This document shows positions 51,105 to 64,000 of a DNA stretch of 64,000 bases, in pieces. Below the pieces are notes generated by a model. The model had not been told where the DNA came from, searched no databases, and saw nothing but the letters and a program-made list of their open reading frames with translations. Position numbers and translations under genes: made by a program. Positions within the stretch are counted from its first letter, which is position 1. Every line of letters begins with the position of its first letter. Origin of the DNA: an uncultured Myxococcaceae bacterium (lineage in GTDB: Bacteria > Myxococcota_A > Polyangia > Polyangiales > Ga0077539); assembly GCA_964447205.1 (NCBI GenBank), contig CAYUSB010000042.1, positions 1,503 through 65,502 on the forward strand. The letters are read 5' to 3'.

Positions 51105-51866
51105 ATGTCGCTCGCCCGATGGTTTGACCCCACCCTGTTGCTCCTGACGGTCCTGGGGCTGTCCCTGCTGTGGTTGGGGCGGACCCTGCGTGGGGTCGCG
51201 GTCCCGTCGCGGGCTCCGTTTCGGGTCGTGGTGGCCCTGTGGGGGGTCCTGTGGGTGGTGTGCACCCCCGTCCTCGGGACGAGCCTCCTGCGCCTCTGGG
51301 AGGCCCCCGCGGTCGATCTGGGGGCCCTCGATGTGCCTGCCCTGCGCGACCGTACGGCCCTGGTGGTCTTGTCGTCGTCGGTGATGCCGCCGGTCCTGGG
51401 GGTTCCGGCTCGGGAGCGGCTCGACCCGGCGTGTACGGCCCGGACCCTCGGTGCGGCTCGGGTGTACGCCCGGCTTCAGCCTGCGGGGGTGATCGTCTCG
51501 GGCATCGCCCCGGGGCCCGTGGCCGAGGCCACCACCCGGGCCATGGCGGAGCTCCTGGTGTCGCTCGGGGTCCCCCCGGGCCGCATCGTGCCCGAGAGCG
51601 CCGCCCGAAACACCCGGGAGAACGCGCGATACAGCGTGGCCCTGGCCCGACGGCGCGGCTGGACCCGGCTCGTGGTGGTGACCAGCGCGGTGCACATGCG
51701 CCGGTCGTTGTCTGAGTTTCGCCGGGCGGGGGTCGAGCCCGTGGCCGCCCCGGTCGATTTCCTGGGGGTCACCTACCTCGGGTTCGGGGCCTTCCTGCCC
51801 TCGTCCGGGGGGGCCGGCCGGGTGAGCCAGGTGCTGCATGAAATCCTGGGGTTTCTGAGGCCCTGA
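51105..51866 (+). CDS. DUF218/YdcF-family (ElyC/SanA-like) envelope protein
   Basis: MSLARWFDPTLLLLTVLGLSLLWLG forms an N-terminal TM, followed by a DUF218-type core (VVLSSS…RARYSVALARRRGWTRLVVVTSAVHMRRSLSEF). The ATG at 51105 is preferred over the track start 50865 because of composition. Confidence 0.65.
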   Translation: MSLARWFDPTLLLLTVLGLSLLWLGRTLRGVAVPSRAPFRVVVALWGVLWVVCTPVLGTSLLRLWEAPAVDLGALDVPALRDRTALVVLSSSVMPPVLGVPARERLDPACTARTLGAARVYARLQPAGVIVSGIAPGPVAEATTRAMAELLVSLGVPPGRIVPESAARNTRENARYSVALARRRGWTRLVVVTSAVHMRRSLSEFRRAGVEPVAAPVDFLGVTYLGFGAFLPSSGGAGRVSQVLHEILGFLRP

Positions 51867-51961
51867 GAGCTCCGAGTGAACGCCTCCGGGTGACATTCCC
51901 TGGCGCCCTTACCTGCAAGGGAGTTCAGGTAGTTGTTCAGTGTGTGGGATAGGTACGTTCA

Positions 51962-52183
51962 GTGGCGGCGCGGAGCCGCCTGGAGGACGCTTCGACCATG
52001 GAACACGACGATCGCGACGAGGGCCTGACCACCGCCGGACGGCGCTACCTGATTTCCGACCGCGAGCTCGACGCCCTGGCCGAGGCCGAGATGGCCTTCC
52101 AGCGTTGGGAGCGCACCCGCCACTGGTGGCTGGCGGGCTGCATCGACGGGGCGAGCCGCGACGACGACGCCGACGTCGCGTAG
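51962..52183 (+). CDS. Small hypothetical protein (61-73 aa)
   Basis: Acidic, natural-looking composition (MEHDDRDEGLTTAGRRYLISDRELDALAEAEMAFQRWERTRHWWLAGCIDG). I found no homology. Confidence 0.25.
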   Translation: MAARSRLEDASTMEHDDRDEGLTTAGRRYLISDRELDALAEAEMAFQRWERTRHWWLAGCIDGASRDDDADVA

Positions 52184-52219
52184 CCCGCAGGGGTCAGCGC
52201 TGGGGGGGGGGGAGCGCGG

Positions 52220-53860
52220 TCAGAAGGCGAGGTTGAAGCCGAGCGAGCCCGCGGTGAAGCTCGCGCGGTAGACGCCCTGATTGATGCGGCAGGTGCCCGG
52301 GCCCGCATCGGCGGGGCAGTTGGTCGGGTCGATCTGCGGGCTCGGCACGGTGACCGCCCGGCGCCCGTTGGAGGCGTCGTTGTTGTCGAAGATGAAGTGC
52401 CCGAAGCCCACGTTGATCGCGAGGCGCTGGCTGAAGCGGTACGTGGCCCCCCCGTGGATGCTGAAGCCCGAGTAGGCGGGGAGGTGGATCTGCGCGGCGT
52501 CGGGCGAGGCCCCCCGCGACTCCATCGAGAAGCCCGCCCGCAGGGCGAGGCGCCCTGGGATCACGTTGACATCGCCGCCGAGGCGCACCCCCATCACGTT
52601 GGTCAGGGCCGAGCTGATGGTGATGGCCGCGGGGGCAGGCACGACCCCGAGGGCCGCCCCGGTGTTGATCCCGCCCGAGTTCTCCAGGCTCACGGTGCCC
52701 AGGGTGTTGGTGTTCTCGTAGATGAACGTGGCCTCGACGTCGAACACGTCGTCGGTCATCGGGTCGTACCGGCCCGTGCCGTCGTTCTGCCGGGGGCGCC
52801 CCGCCCGGGGGTGGTTGTAGCGCACGCTGGCCCGGAGGTTCCACGGGAGCTCGACGGTCATCTTGTTGATGTCGAAGCTGCCCCGCACCCGGTCGGCGTC
52901 GTTGGTCGCGTAGGGGTTGAAGGTCGTGTTGGCCGTGCCCGACGCGTTGACGGGCATCGTGTACCGGAAGTTGGCCCCAAACGAGAGGTTGGGCAGCGGC
53001 AGGGCCTGAAACCCGAGGCTCGTGCCGAGCAGGAGCCCCGTGGCCCCGAGCTCGATCAGGGTCTCGGTCGAGGGCGACTGCGGGGCCGTGCGGTTGGCGT
53101 TGGCGTGGAGCCCGAAGTTGAAGCTCGCAAACCCCACGTGGAGGGCCGCCCCCACCCGCAGCCAGTTGTTGATCTGATACGAGGCCCCGACGGTGGGGTA
53201 GAGCACGAGGAGGTTCTTCCGGTAGAGCAGGTTGCGGGCCGGGGAGGGGGCCTCGAAGCTCTCGCCGCGGTCGTTGGTGGCCGTGACCACGTCGGGGAAG
53301 TTTTGCCCCGACCCCTGGGTGCTCGGCGCAAACACCCCGAACCCCAGCGTGAGCCGCTCGGTGAGCCGATAGGTCCCCAGGATCATCGGGGCCAGAGCCA
53401 CCCGCGGCTCATTGCAGATCTCGGGATACGGCGTCGGGCGCGCGGCGTACCTCGGCTCGGAATTGGGCTCGTTGGGGTTGGGGTCGAAGCGTGTGCCGTC
53501 GACGTTGAGGGTCGTGGTCAGGCCGTCGTCGTAGTTGCCCGCGCGTTGGAAGCAGTGCGAGTACGACCCCACGTTGGAGCCGATGGAGAGGTGCAGCCGC
53601 GGCCCCGACAGCCCGCTGATGCCCGCGATGTTGTGCATCACCGCCGAGGCGTCGCTCGCCCGCGCGAGGAAAGCCCCCCCGCGCCCGAAGGCCACGGTGC
53701 CATTCTCTGGGATCTCCACCCCGTAGGCCCCGGCCACCCCGGCTTGCGCCATCAAGGCCAGGCCAAGGGCCGTCGCGCCCAGTACGCCCCGCCGTCGCGT
53801 CGACCCGCGGGTCGTCTCCTCGATCATGATTCCCATCGGTGGCATAACCTCCCTCAACAC
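52220..53860 (-). CDS. Outer-membrane beta-barrel protein (about 535 aa) with signal peptide and C-terminal Phe
   Basis: Signal peptide …RRRGVLGATALGLALMAQAGVAGA. The body has alternating hydrophobic beta-strand character and is rich in G/N/S/T/Y. The C-terminus is …GSLGFNLAF, the OMP C-terminal signature. The start may instead be the internal Met MIEETT. Confidence 0.6.
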   Translation of the reverse strand: MLREVMPPMGIMIEETTRGSTRRRGVLGATALGLALMAQAGVAGAYGVEIPENGTVAFGRGGAFLARASDASAVMHNIAGISGLSGPRLHLSIGSNVGSYSHCFQRAGNYDDGLTTTLNVDGTRFDPNPNEPNSEPRYAARPTPYPEICNEPRVALAPMILGTYRLTERLTLGFGVFAPSTQGSGQNFPDVVTATNDRGESFEAPSPARNLLYRKNLLVLYPTVGASYQINNWLRVGAALHVGFASFNFGLHANANRTAPQSPSTETLIELGATGLLLGTSLGFQALPLPNLSFGANFRYTMPVNASGTANTTFNPYATNDADRVRGSFDINKMTVELPWNLRASVRYNHPRAGRPRQNDGTGRYDPMTDDVFDVEATFIYENTNTLGTVSLENSGGINTGAALGVVPAPAAITISSALTNVMGVRLGGDVNVIPGRLALRAGFSMESRGASPDAAQIHLPAYSGFSIHGGATYRFSQRLAINVGFGHFIFDNNDASNGRRAVTVPSPQIDPTNCPADAGPGTCRINQGVYRASFTAGSLGFNLAF

Positions 53861-53905
53861 CCTTCTGCTCGCCTGTCACCGCTCGAGAAGCCCCGAAACC
53901 CAGTG

Positions 53906-54655
53906 ATGAACTCGGCCCGTCTTCGACGTCTCGCCCGCGGTTGGCCGTTGCTCGCGATGCTCGCCGCACCACCCCTCCTCATGCAAGTACCAATCGTGCG
54001 AGGAGCCATTCTGCACCTCGCTGACGCGATGCGGCACGGGGGCCCCGAGGGCCTCGCCCTGTACGCGGCCGTGTACCTGGTGGGGTCGGTCCTGACGGCC
54101 CCGATCGCCCTGCTGTCGGGCCTCGCGGGCTTCGCCTGGGGGCGCGGTTGGGGCTTCGCCGCGGCCCTCCCCCTGGTCACCCTGTGCTCCACGGCGGCCT
54201 TCGGAGTGGGCCACCTCCTCGGGCGCACCCGCTGGGCGGCTCCCCTGCGGGCCCACCCCCGGCTGCGCATCATCGACACCGTCGTGCGGGCCGACGGGCT
54301 GCGCATCGCGATCCTGCTGCGCCTGTCGCCCCTGATGCCGCAAAACCTCCTGAGCTACGCCCTCGGAAACACCGCCCTGCGCGCCTGGCAGTTTGCCCTC
54401 GCCACCCTGGTCGGGCTCATCCCCGCCACGGTGGTCCACGTGTGGCTGGGGTCGGCCGTACGCGACGCCACCGAGCTCCTCGCGGGGGCCCGCCCGCAGG
54501 GTCCGTGGGCCTGGGTGCTCCCGGTCCTGGGCCTCGCCCTCACGATCGCGGTCATGGCGTGGATCATGCGCATCGCCCGGCGCAGCCTCCACGCGGCCAT
54601 GGCCCGGGCCGCCGCCGAGGTCGAAGGCACGCCCCCCGCCCCCCCCGCCCCGTAG
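53906..54655 (+). CDS. DedA/TVP38 (SNARE-associated) family membrane protein
   Basis: MNSARLRRLARGWPLLAMLAAPPLL…LRLSPLMPQNLLSYALGNTAL… is the DedA-type re-entrant helix motif region. Confidence 0.7.
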   Translation: MNSARLRRLARGWPLLAMLAAPPLLMQVPIVRGAILHLADAMRHGGPEGLALYAAVYLVGSVLTAPIALLSGLAGFAWGRGWGFAAALPLVTLCSTAAFGVGHLLGRTRWAAPLRAHPRLRIIDTVVRADGLRIAILLRLSPLMPQNLLSYALGNTALRAWQFALATLVGLIPATVVHVWLGSAVRDATELLAGARPQGPWAWVLPVLGLALTIAVMAWIMRIARRSLHAAMARAAAEVEGTPPAPPAP

Positions 54656-54667
54656 GCCGTGGGGGCC

Positions 54668-57112
54668 CTACTGCAGCACGTCGGGCATCGGGCGCATCGT
54701 GCCGTCGCCGAGCTGCCCGGAGACGTTGTTGCCCCAGCATCGCAGGGTCCCGGCGTAGGTGCGGGCGCAGGTGTGCATCCATCCCGCGGAGAGCTCGACC
54801 GCGTGCCCGAGGGGCGGCAGGGCGAGGACCCCGCGGGCTCCAAACTGGGGGAAGGGGCCGAGCTGACAGTTGTTGTTGGCCCCCCAACAGACGGCCGTCC
54901 CGGCCCGGGTGATGGCGCAGGTGTGATGGGCCCCGGCGGCCAGGGCCACGGCCCCGGAGACCCCCTCCACGGCCTGGGGGAGCACCCGGCGCATGGAGTT
55001 GTCGAAGCCCCCGGCCTGGGCGTGTTCGTTCGAGCCCCAGCAGCGTACGAGGCCGTCGGCCCGGGCCGCGCAAGTGTGGTCCCCCCCGGCCGCGAGGGCC
55101 CGGGCTCCCTCCAGGCCCGAGACCAGCATCGGAAACGGCCGAGGCTCCCGGCCCGCCGTGCCCACCCCGAGGGCCCCGTGCTCCTCCCGGCCCCAACACA
55201 AGACCCCATCCCCCCGCAGGGCGCAGGTGTGACTGGCCCCCGCCGCGAGGGCCTCCACCTCGTTGATCTGCACCCACCCCGCCGACTGCCCCCGCTGGGC
55301 GCCGAGGCCGAGCTGCCCGTAGGCGTCGCTGCCGAAGCAGAAGACCCGCCCGTCGGCCGTACGCAGACACACGTGGGACCCGCCCACCGCGAGGTCGACC
55401 CCCTGCGGCGCAGACGTGATCCGTTGGGGGCGGAGGCTGCGCCCGGTGTGCCAGTCGCCCCAGCACCACAGGGCCCCCGCCCGGTCGAGGGCGCACGACT
55501 GGCCGTGGCCCACCCCAAGCACCAGGGCCCCCCCGGGGATCGGGGCCATCACCGGGCTCGGGCGGTCCTCGCGGCTGCCGTCTCCGAGCTGGCCCTGGGC
55601 GTTGCTCCCCCAGCACCACACACCCCCGTCTCGGCGCAAGACGCAGGTGTGCCCCAGCCCCGCCCGCACGGCCGTGACCTCGGACATGCCGGGCACGTCG
55701 AAGCGCAGCCCCCGGTCGTTGCAACGCCATGCCCCCGCCCCCGCGCGGGTGGGTCCAGGAACCCCCTGCGGAACCCCCTGCGGAACCCCCTGCGGAGCCC
55801 CAGGATGCGGCCCGGGGGGCGCTCCCGGCGAGCGGGAGGCCACCGCCCCTGCGGGCCGTAGGACAGGCCGGGCGGGGCCGTCGTCGGTCACCTGCAGGGC
55901 CACCTCGATCCCGAGCACCCCGAGGGTCAGGACGGCCGCGGCGATGCCCCCCCACAGGGCCCACCGGCGACGCGGGGGACCGGGCGGAGCGGACGGACGA
56001 CGGCGGGACGGCTCGCGGCGCGGGTCGCGGGTCGCCGAGGCCTCGGGGTACCCGGCCTGGGCCTCGGGGCCGCTGCCGAGGAGGGCCACGGTGGCCCCCG
56101 GGGTGAGGTCGAGGGACGGGACCCGCCGGCGCGGGGCGCTCGGCGACCAGGCGATGGGCTCGGTGCGCAGGACCGGGGGGCGCGTGGTGGGCAAGGCCAG
56201 GGCGGGGTCGGGGCCCACGCCGTACAGGGCCAGGAAGGGCCCCAGGGCCGCGTGGGCGTCGTGGTAGCGGGCCGTGGGGTCGCGGTGCACGCAGCGCCCG
56301 AACCACAGGTCGAAGCCCGCCGGGAGGCGGTCGGCCCGGCCCAGCATCGCGGCCCGGACCGAGGCCGGCTCCAGGACGTCCGCGATCAGCTCGCGCAGGA
56401 CCCAGGCGGGGTTGTACTCGCGCTGGTTGGCGCTCTTCCAGTACGGCCGCCCGGTGAGCATGATGAACACCAGGAGCCCGAGGGCCCACACGTCGGTGCT
56501 CGGGCGCAAGACCCCCTGCTCGGCCTGCTCGGGGGCCATCCACAGGGGCGTCCCGAGGGTGCTCGTGGCCTGCACCGAGGTGCGCCCTTCGTTGAGGAAC
56601 TTCGCGATGCCGAAGTCAAGGACCTTGACGACAAACGCGGCCCCCTCCCCGTCCTCGGGGCGGCGCACGAGGAAGACGTTCTGCGGCTTGAGGTCGCGGT
56701 GCACGAGGCCGGCCCGGTGGGCGGCCCCGAGGCCACGGCAGAGTTGGGTCACGATCTCGACCACCGCCTCGGGGGGCAGGGCCCCGTGGCGGCGCATCAC
56801 CTGCCCGAGGTCGTCGCCTTCGAGGTACTCCATGGCGATGAAGGGGGTGGCCGTGGCGTCGTCGACCCCCGCGGCGTACACCTCGACCACGTGGGGGTCG
56901 CGCACCGCGGCGGCGGCGGTGGCCTCACCGAGGAAGCGGGTTCGGGCCTCGGGGCTGTCGACCAGCTCGGGGGTCATGATCTTGAGGGCCGCCCGGCGCC
57001 CGCGGACGTCCTCGACCTCGTAGACGGCCCCCATCCCCCCTGCGGAGATGCGGCGCACGACGCGGTAGGTTCGGGCGAAGACCGTCCCGACTTCGAGGTT
57101 GAGCAGCGCCAC
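54668..57112 (-). CDS. Membrane-anchored Hanks Ser/Thr kinase with an extracytoplasmic RCC1-like repeat (beta-propeller) domain, 814 aa
   Basis: Kinase motifs (GGMGAVYEV, ALK, HRDLKPQN, DFGIAK, GTPLWMAPE) are followed by a Pro-rich linker with QGVP x3, a TM (WALWGGIAAAVLTLGVLGI), then seven or more RCC1-like blades (HTCVLRRDGGVWCWGSNAQGQLGDG…). Confidence 0.8.
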   Translation of the reverse strand: MALLNLEVGTVFARTYRVVRRISAGGMGAVYEVEDVRGRRAALKIMTPELVDSPEARTRFLGEATAAAAVRDPHVVEVYAAGVDDATATPFIAMEYLEGDDLGQVMRRHGALPPEAVVEIVTQLCRGLGAAHRAGLVHRDLKPQNVFLVRRPEDGEGAAFVVKVLDFGIAKFLNEGRTSVQATSTLGTPLWMAPEQAEQGVLRPSTDVWALGLLVFIMLTGRPYWKSANQREYNPAWVLRELIADVLEPASVRAAMLGRADRLPAGFDLWFGRCVHRDPTARYHDAHAALGPFLALYGVGPDPALALPTTRPPVLRTEPIAWSPSAPRRRVPSLDLTPGATVALLGSGPEAQAGYPEASATRDPRREPSRRRPSAPPGPPRRRWALWGGIAAAVLTLGVLGIEVALQVTDDGPARPVLRPAGAVASRSPGAPPGPHPGAPQGVPQGVPQGVPGPTRAGAGAWRCNDRGLRFDVPGMSEVTAVRAGLGHTCVLRRDGGVWCWGSNAQGQLGDGSREDRPSPVMAPIPGGALVLGVGHGQSCALDRAGALWCWGDWHTGRSLRPQRITSAPQGVDLAVGGSHVCLRTADGRVFCFGSDAYGQLGLGAQRGQSAGWVQINEVEALAAGASHTCALRGDGVLCWGREEHGALGVGTAGREPRPFPMLVSGLEGARALAAGGDHTCAARADGLVRCWGSNEHAQAGGFDNSMRRVLPQAVEGVSGAVALAAGAHHTCAITRAGTAVCWGANNNCQLGPFPQFGARGVLALPPLGHAVELSAGWMHTCARTYAGTLRCWGNNVSGQLGDGTMRPMPDVLQ

Positions 57113-57131
57113 CGTGGATCTCCGGAGGCCC

Positions 57132-59609
<2,478 letters not shown>

Positions 59610-59685
59610 CGCGGGGGAGGATACCCGATTCGCGCGCAGGGGTGGCGACGGAGGGGCCCCCGAGGATACACTCCCCTGTCGCTCC

Positions 59686-61389
<1,704 letters not shown>

Positions 61390-61440
61390 CCTTCCCTTGT
61401 CGCGGGGGGCCCAAACGGTGTACCCCCTGGGGTCCCCTCT

Positions 61441-61854
61441 ATGCCGAACCGGATCGATGTCGTGAAGCGGGTCGCACGCGCAGCGTGGGTGGGCGTCGTG
61501 GTGCTGTGTGTAGCCTGCGACCCCCCCGGGCTCCCCCCGAGCGGCACCCCCGCGGGCACACCCCCCACCTCGGGCAATGAGTCCACGGCCGACTCCCCCG
61601 CCCCCGATCCCGCCCTCGCCCAGGCCGGGCAGGAGGTCTTCACCCGGGCCTGCGGCCGATGCCACCAGGGGGACGAACCCTCCGGGGGCACCCTCGCCAA
61701 CCTGCGCCTGACCCGGACCCGCATGGAAGAAGCCCTGCACGCCGGCTCCGAAGACCTCTCGGCCATCATGCCGGTGGTCCCGCCCGATCAGCTCCCGGCC
61801 TCGGACATGCCCGCCCTGCGGGCTTATCTCCGCTCGATCCACGCCGTCCGCTGA
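61441..61854 (+). CDS. c-type cytochrome lipoprotein (CGRCH motif), 137 aa
   Basis: …AAWVGVVVLCVACDPP has a signal peptide and lipobox. A Pro/Thr-rich linker is followed by the CxxCH motif (ACGRCHQGD) and a downstream Met (AIMPVVPP). Confidence 0.55.
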   Translation: MPNRIDVVKRVARAAWVGVVVLCVACDPPGLPPSGTPAGTPPTSGNESTADSPAPDPALAQAGQEVFTRACGRCHQGDEPSGGTLANLRLTRTRMEEALHAGSEDLSAIMPVVPPDQLPASDMPALRAYLRSIHAVR

Positions 61855-62003
61855 CGGCCCCCATACCGCTTCGCCCTACGTCCGGGCGTAAATCATCCGT
61901 CGAGCGCGCCCGCAGCGACCGACCAAGACGTACTCCGGTACGTCGCGGGAGTCGAGCGAGTCTGCCGTAGCATAGTCGGGGATGCCCCAGGAAGCCGCGC
62001 AGG

Positions 62004-62959
62004 GTGCGTGGCGTGAAGGAGGTCATCCCCGTGAACAAGAAGAGTACCTATCGTTCGGTCGATGTCCAGAAGGTGACTGCGGCGCAGCTGCTGACGTGGA
62101 TTACGACCCCCCTCGTGGTGTTCGCGCTCGATGTCGCCAAGCACCGTGTCGTGGCCGCGCTCGCCGACACGGCCGGTCAGGTGGCGCGTCTGATCCACTT
62201 TGCGATGCCCACCCAACTCCCCGCGCGGCTCGGCCTCGCCGCCGACCTGGTGGCCGCGGGCCGCAAGGTGCAGAGCAGATCGTGGAGGTTCGCACGCGCA
62301 ACAGCCTGCTGCGGTGGCTCACGCTCTACATCGATCCCACCGCCGTGCGCGACAGTCCTGGCGAGGCCGCAGAGGCTCTGCGGAAGGAGAGCCGCGCGGG
62401 GTTCAAGCCCGACGTGATCGACGCCATCGTACGGAGCGCGAAGACGACGCAGGGCACCACGATGACGCCCAACGAGGTGGCTCTTGCGCGTGCGCTGATG
62501 GCCGAGATCGTCAGCCTTCGCGCGAAGTGCGACGAGGTCGATGCGCGGTTGCGGGAGCACCTCGCAGCGACGCCCGAGCGGGCCCCGCTGGTGGCGATGC
62601 TGGCCCCGACGACGACGGCCGTCCTGCTCGCGCGGGTGGGCGATCCGACCGACTACGCCTCGGCGGCAGCGCTGGAGAAGGCCTGCGGGCTCAACCTCAA
62701 GGAGCACTCCAGCGGCACGCAGAAGGGGGGCGTGCACCTCACCAAGCGGGGCCCGGGTCAGGTGCGGAAGTACCTGTTCTTGCTGGCGTTGCGGATGATC
62801 GGGAGCAACGCCGTGGGGCGCGCGTGGTGCCAGCGGCGCCACAGCTACCGCCCGGACCAGAAGCTTTCGGCGGTGATCGCGGTGGTCCGCAAGCTGGTGA
62901 AGGCGATCTGGCACGTGGCCCGCGGCGCTTCGTTCGAGGTGGGGAAGTGTCCCGAGTGA
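62004..62959 (+). mobile_element. IS110-family transposase remnant, frameshifted around 62270-62290 and missing the catalytic DEDD core
   Basis: Frame 1 (62004-62280) gives the IS110 N-terminal segment …PLVVFALDVAKHRVVAALADTAGQVARLIHF…. The other frame (about 62280-62959) gives the IS110/IS116/IS902 C-terminal domain (…APLVAMLAPTTTAVLLARVGDPTDYASAAALEKACGLNLKEHSSGTQKGGVHLTKRGPGQVRKYLFLLALRMIG…). The roughly 120-aa RuvC-like core between them is absent. GC content is lower locally. Confidence 0.6.
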
Positions 62960-63275
62960 GTCCCAGAGGCACCCTGAGAACGCCCGAGGAAGACGATGCG
63001 CGACGCGGCAGAGCTCGTGCAGCCCAAGAGCTGACACGCCACGGAACAGGTCTCGCCGACCCCTCGTCTCGTTCTCCGACCACGACCCCACGCGTCCGCG
63101 GCTCGGTGTAGGAGTCCGTCGCCGAAGGGCAGTGACCCCTTCGGCAAGAGCGAACTCCTACGGCCAGAATGGACCCCGCCCCGAGAGAAAATCGGCATCT
63201 CCGCGAGACAGCACTGGACTACAACAGGACGAAAGCCGACGGATGATCTACGAACGGGCGTCGGGCGAAGCGGTA

Positions 63276-64000
63276 TCACAGCACCTCGCCCACCCCCGCC
63301 GTCCCCGCCCACTCCAGCGGGGACTCACGGTCGCGGCGCGGCCCGACGCTCCCGTCCCGAAACGCAAAGCGCATCCCGGCCGCGGCCCAGATCGGCCGGT
63401 CGAGGCGCACCCGCACCATCGTGCAGACGGCGCCCGGGGACAGGGACTCGAAGCCCGGAGGCAGGCGCACGACGCCCATCCGGCCGGCCGTTCCGAGGTG
63501 GAAGAAGGCCCGCATGCCCGTGCGCAGGGGGGTGTGCCGCCCGCCGTCACTGAGGGCGATCAGCCGCACCGTCGCGAAGAACTCCTCCCGCAGACGCACC
63601 GCCTCCCCGGCCCCCAGGACCTCTCCCCGCAAGGGGATGCGGGCCGTGCCCGCCCGGGCCGTCAGCCCCAGGCCCGCCAGCTCTCCCGCCTCGCAGGTCT
63701 CGACGCTCCGCCCGTGCTGCTGGAGCGACCGCACGAGGTAGCTCCCCACCCCGGGAAGCTCCACCACCTGCCCGACCTTCACCCGACCGCTGCGCACCCG
63801 CCCCACCACCACGTCGTCCTTGCGGGGCCGGGGGTACGACTCGCTCACAGGTATCACCAAGGGGCCGTCCACCGCGCGCAAAACGTCGTCGAGAGCGTCG
63901 AGTGCGTCGAGCAGGCCGTCGACCCCGGGGGTCCACCGGGGGTCGCCCCGGAGGGCCCCGAGGGCCGATCCGCGCAACACCAGGACGTCGTCGCCGTCGA
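63276..64000 (-). CDS. SelB/EF-Tu-like translation factor fragment (beta-barrel domains II-III); the N-terminal GTPase domain lies beyond the right window edge
   Basis: …PRPRKDDVVVGRVRSGRVKVGQVVELPG…VRSLQQHGRSVETCEAGELAGLGL… is an EF-Tu domain II pattern, and …FFATVRLIALSDGGRHTPLRTGMRAFFHLGTAGRMGVVRL is a domain III / SelB-like pattern. It ends at 63276 without the winged-helix SECIS-binding extension of bacterial SelB. Confidence 0.5.
   Translation of the reverse strand, partial: DGDDVLVLRGSALGALRGDPRWTPGVDGLLDALDALDDVLRAVDGPLVIPVSESYPRPRKDDVVVGRVRSGRVKVGQVVELPGVGSYLVRSLQQHGRSVETCEAGELAGLGLTARAGTARIPLRGEVLGAGEAVRLREEFFATVRLIALSDGGRHTPLRTGMRAFFHLGTAGRMGVVRLPPGFESLSPGAVCTMVRVRLDRPIWAAAGMRFAFRDGSVGPRRDRESPLEWAGTAGVGEVL

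Overview
This is a 64 kb window of very GC-rich DNA (about 72% by eye) with strong third-position G/C bias. Wrong-frame ORFs are recognisable because they are Arg/Gly/Pro-rich, and I used that to choose between overlapping ORFs in the track.

Taxonomic markers in the window point to a myxobacterium (Myxococcota): a sigma-54 enhancer-binding protein with an FHA domain, a MYXO-CTERM sorting tail, and membrane-anchored Hanks kinases with RCC1-like beta-propeller domains.

About 50 genes can be supported. The main ones are:
- htpG (5' part, at the left edge), an O6-alkylguanine methyltransferase (ogt), and a decayed ada/alkA remnant next to it.
- A 3447-aa single-chain type I fatty acid synthase of the fungal/mycobacterial domain order, followed 7 bp later by acpS.
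- A 4.4 kb rearranged segment with two tandem paralogous secreted/membrane proteins and a small overlapping gene pair.
- A five-gene minus-strand operon containing two stop/start-overlapping ArsA/Get3-like ATPases.
- A molybdopterin oxidoreductase.
- An 832-aa homologue of the eukaryotic major vault protein (MVP).
- A c-type cytochrome lipoprotein, a protein with four ~90-aa repeats, a PlsC-like acyltransferase, and an AhpE-like peroxiredoxin.
- A Ser/Thr kinase fused to a globin domain and an alpha/beta hydrolase.
- A partner-switching cluster: STK-STAS fusion, RsbW-like kinase, STAS protein, Cache-HAMP-PP2C phosphatase, and an FHA-sigma54 activator.
- An OPT transporter translationally coupled to queE.
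- Three stop/start-overlapping secreted proteins with PVDTG-type repeats, one with a MYXO-CTERM tail.
- DUF218 and DedA envelope proteins, an outer-membrane beta-barrel protein, three more Hanks kinases, a second cytochrome c lipoprotein, an IS110-family transposase remnant, and a SelB-like factor fragment at the right edge.

Non-coding structure includes four copies of a roughly 170-215 bp miniature inverted-repeat element with 35-bp terminal inverted repeats, G-rich tandem 14-mers, and larger direct repeats flanking the 15.2-19.6 kb segment. I found no tRNA, rRNA or CRISPR array.

The most unusual items are the bacterial MVP homologue, the mycobacterial-style FAS-I/acpS pair in a myxobacterial context, the globin-coupled Ser/Thr kinase, and the ArsA-pair operon with two large uncharacterised proteins.
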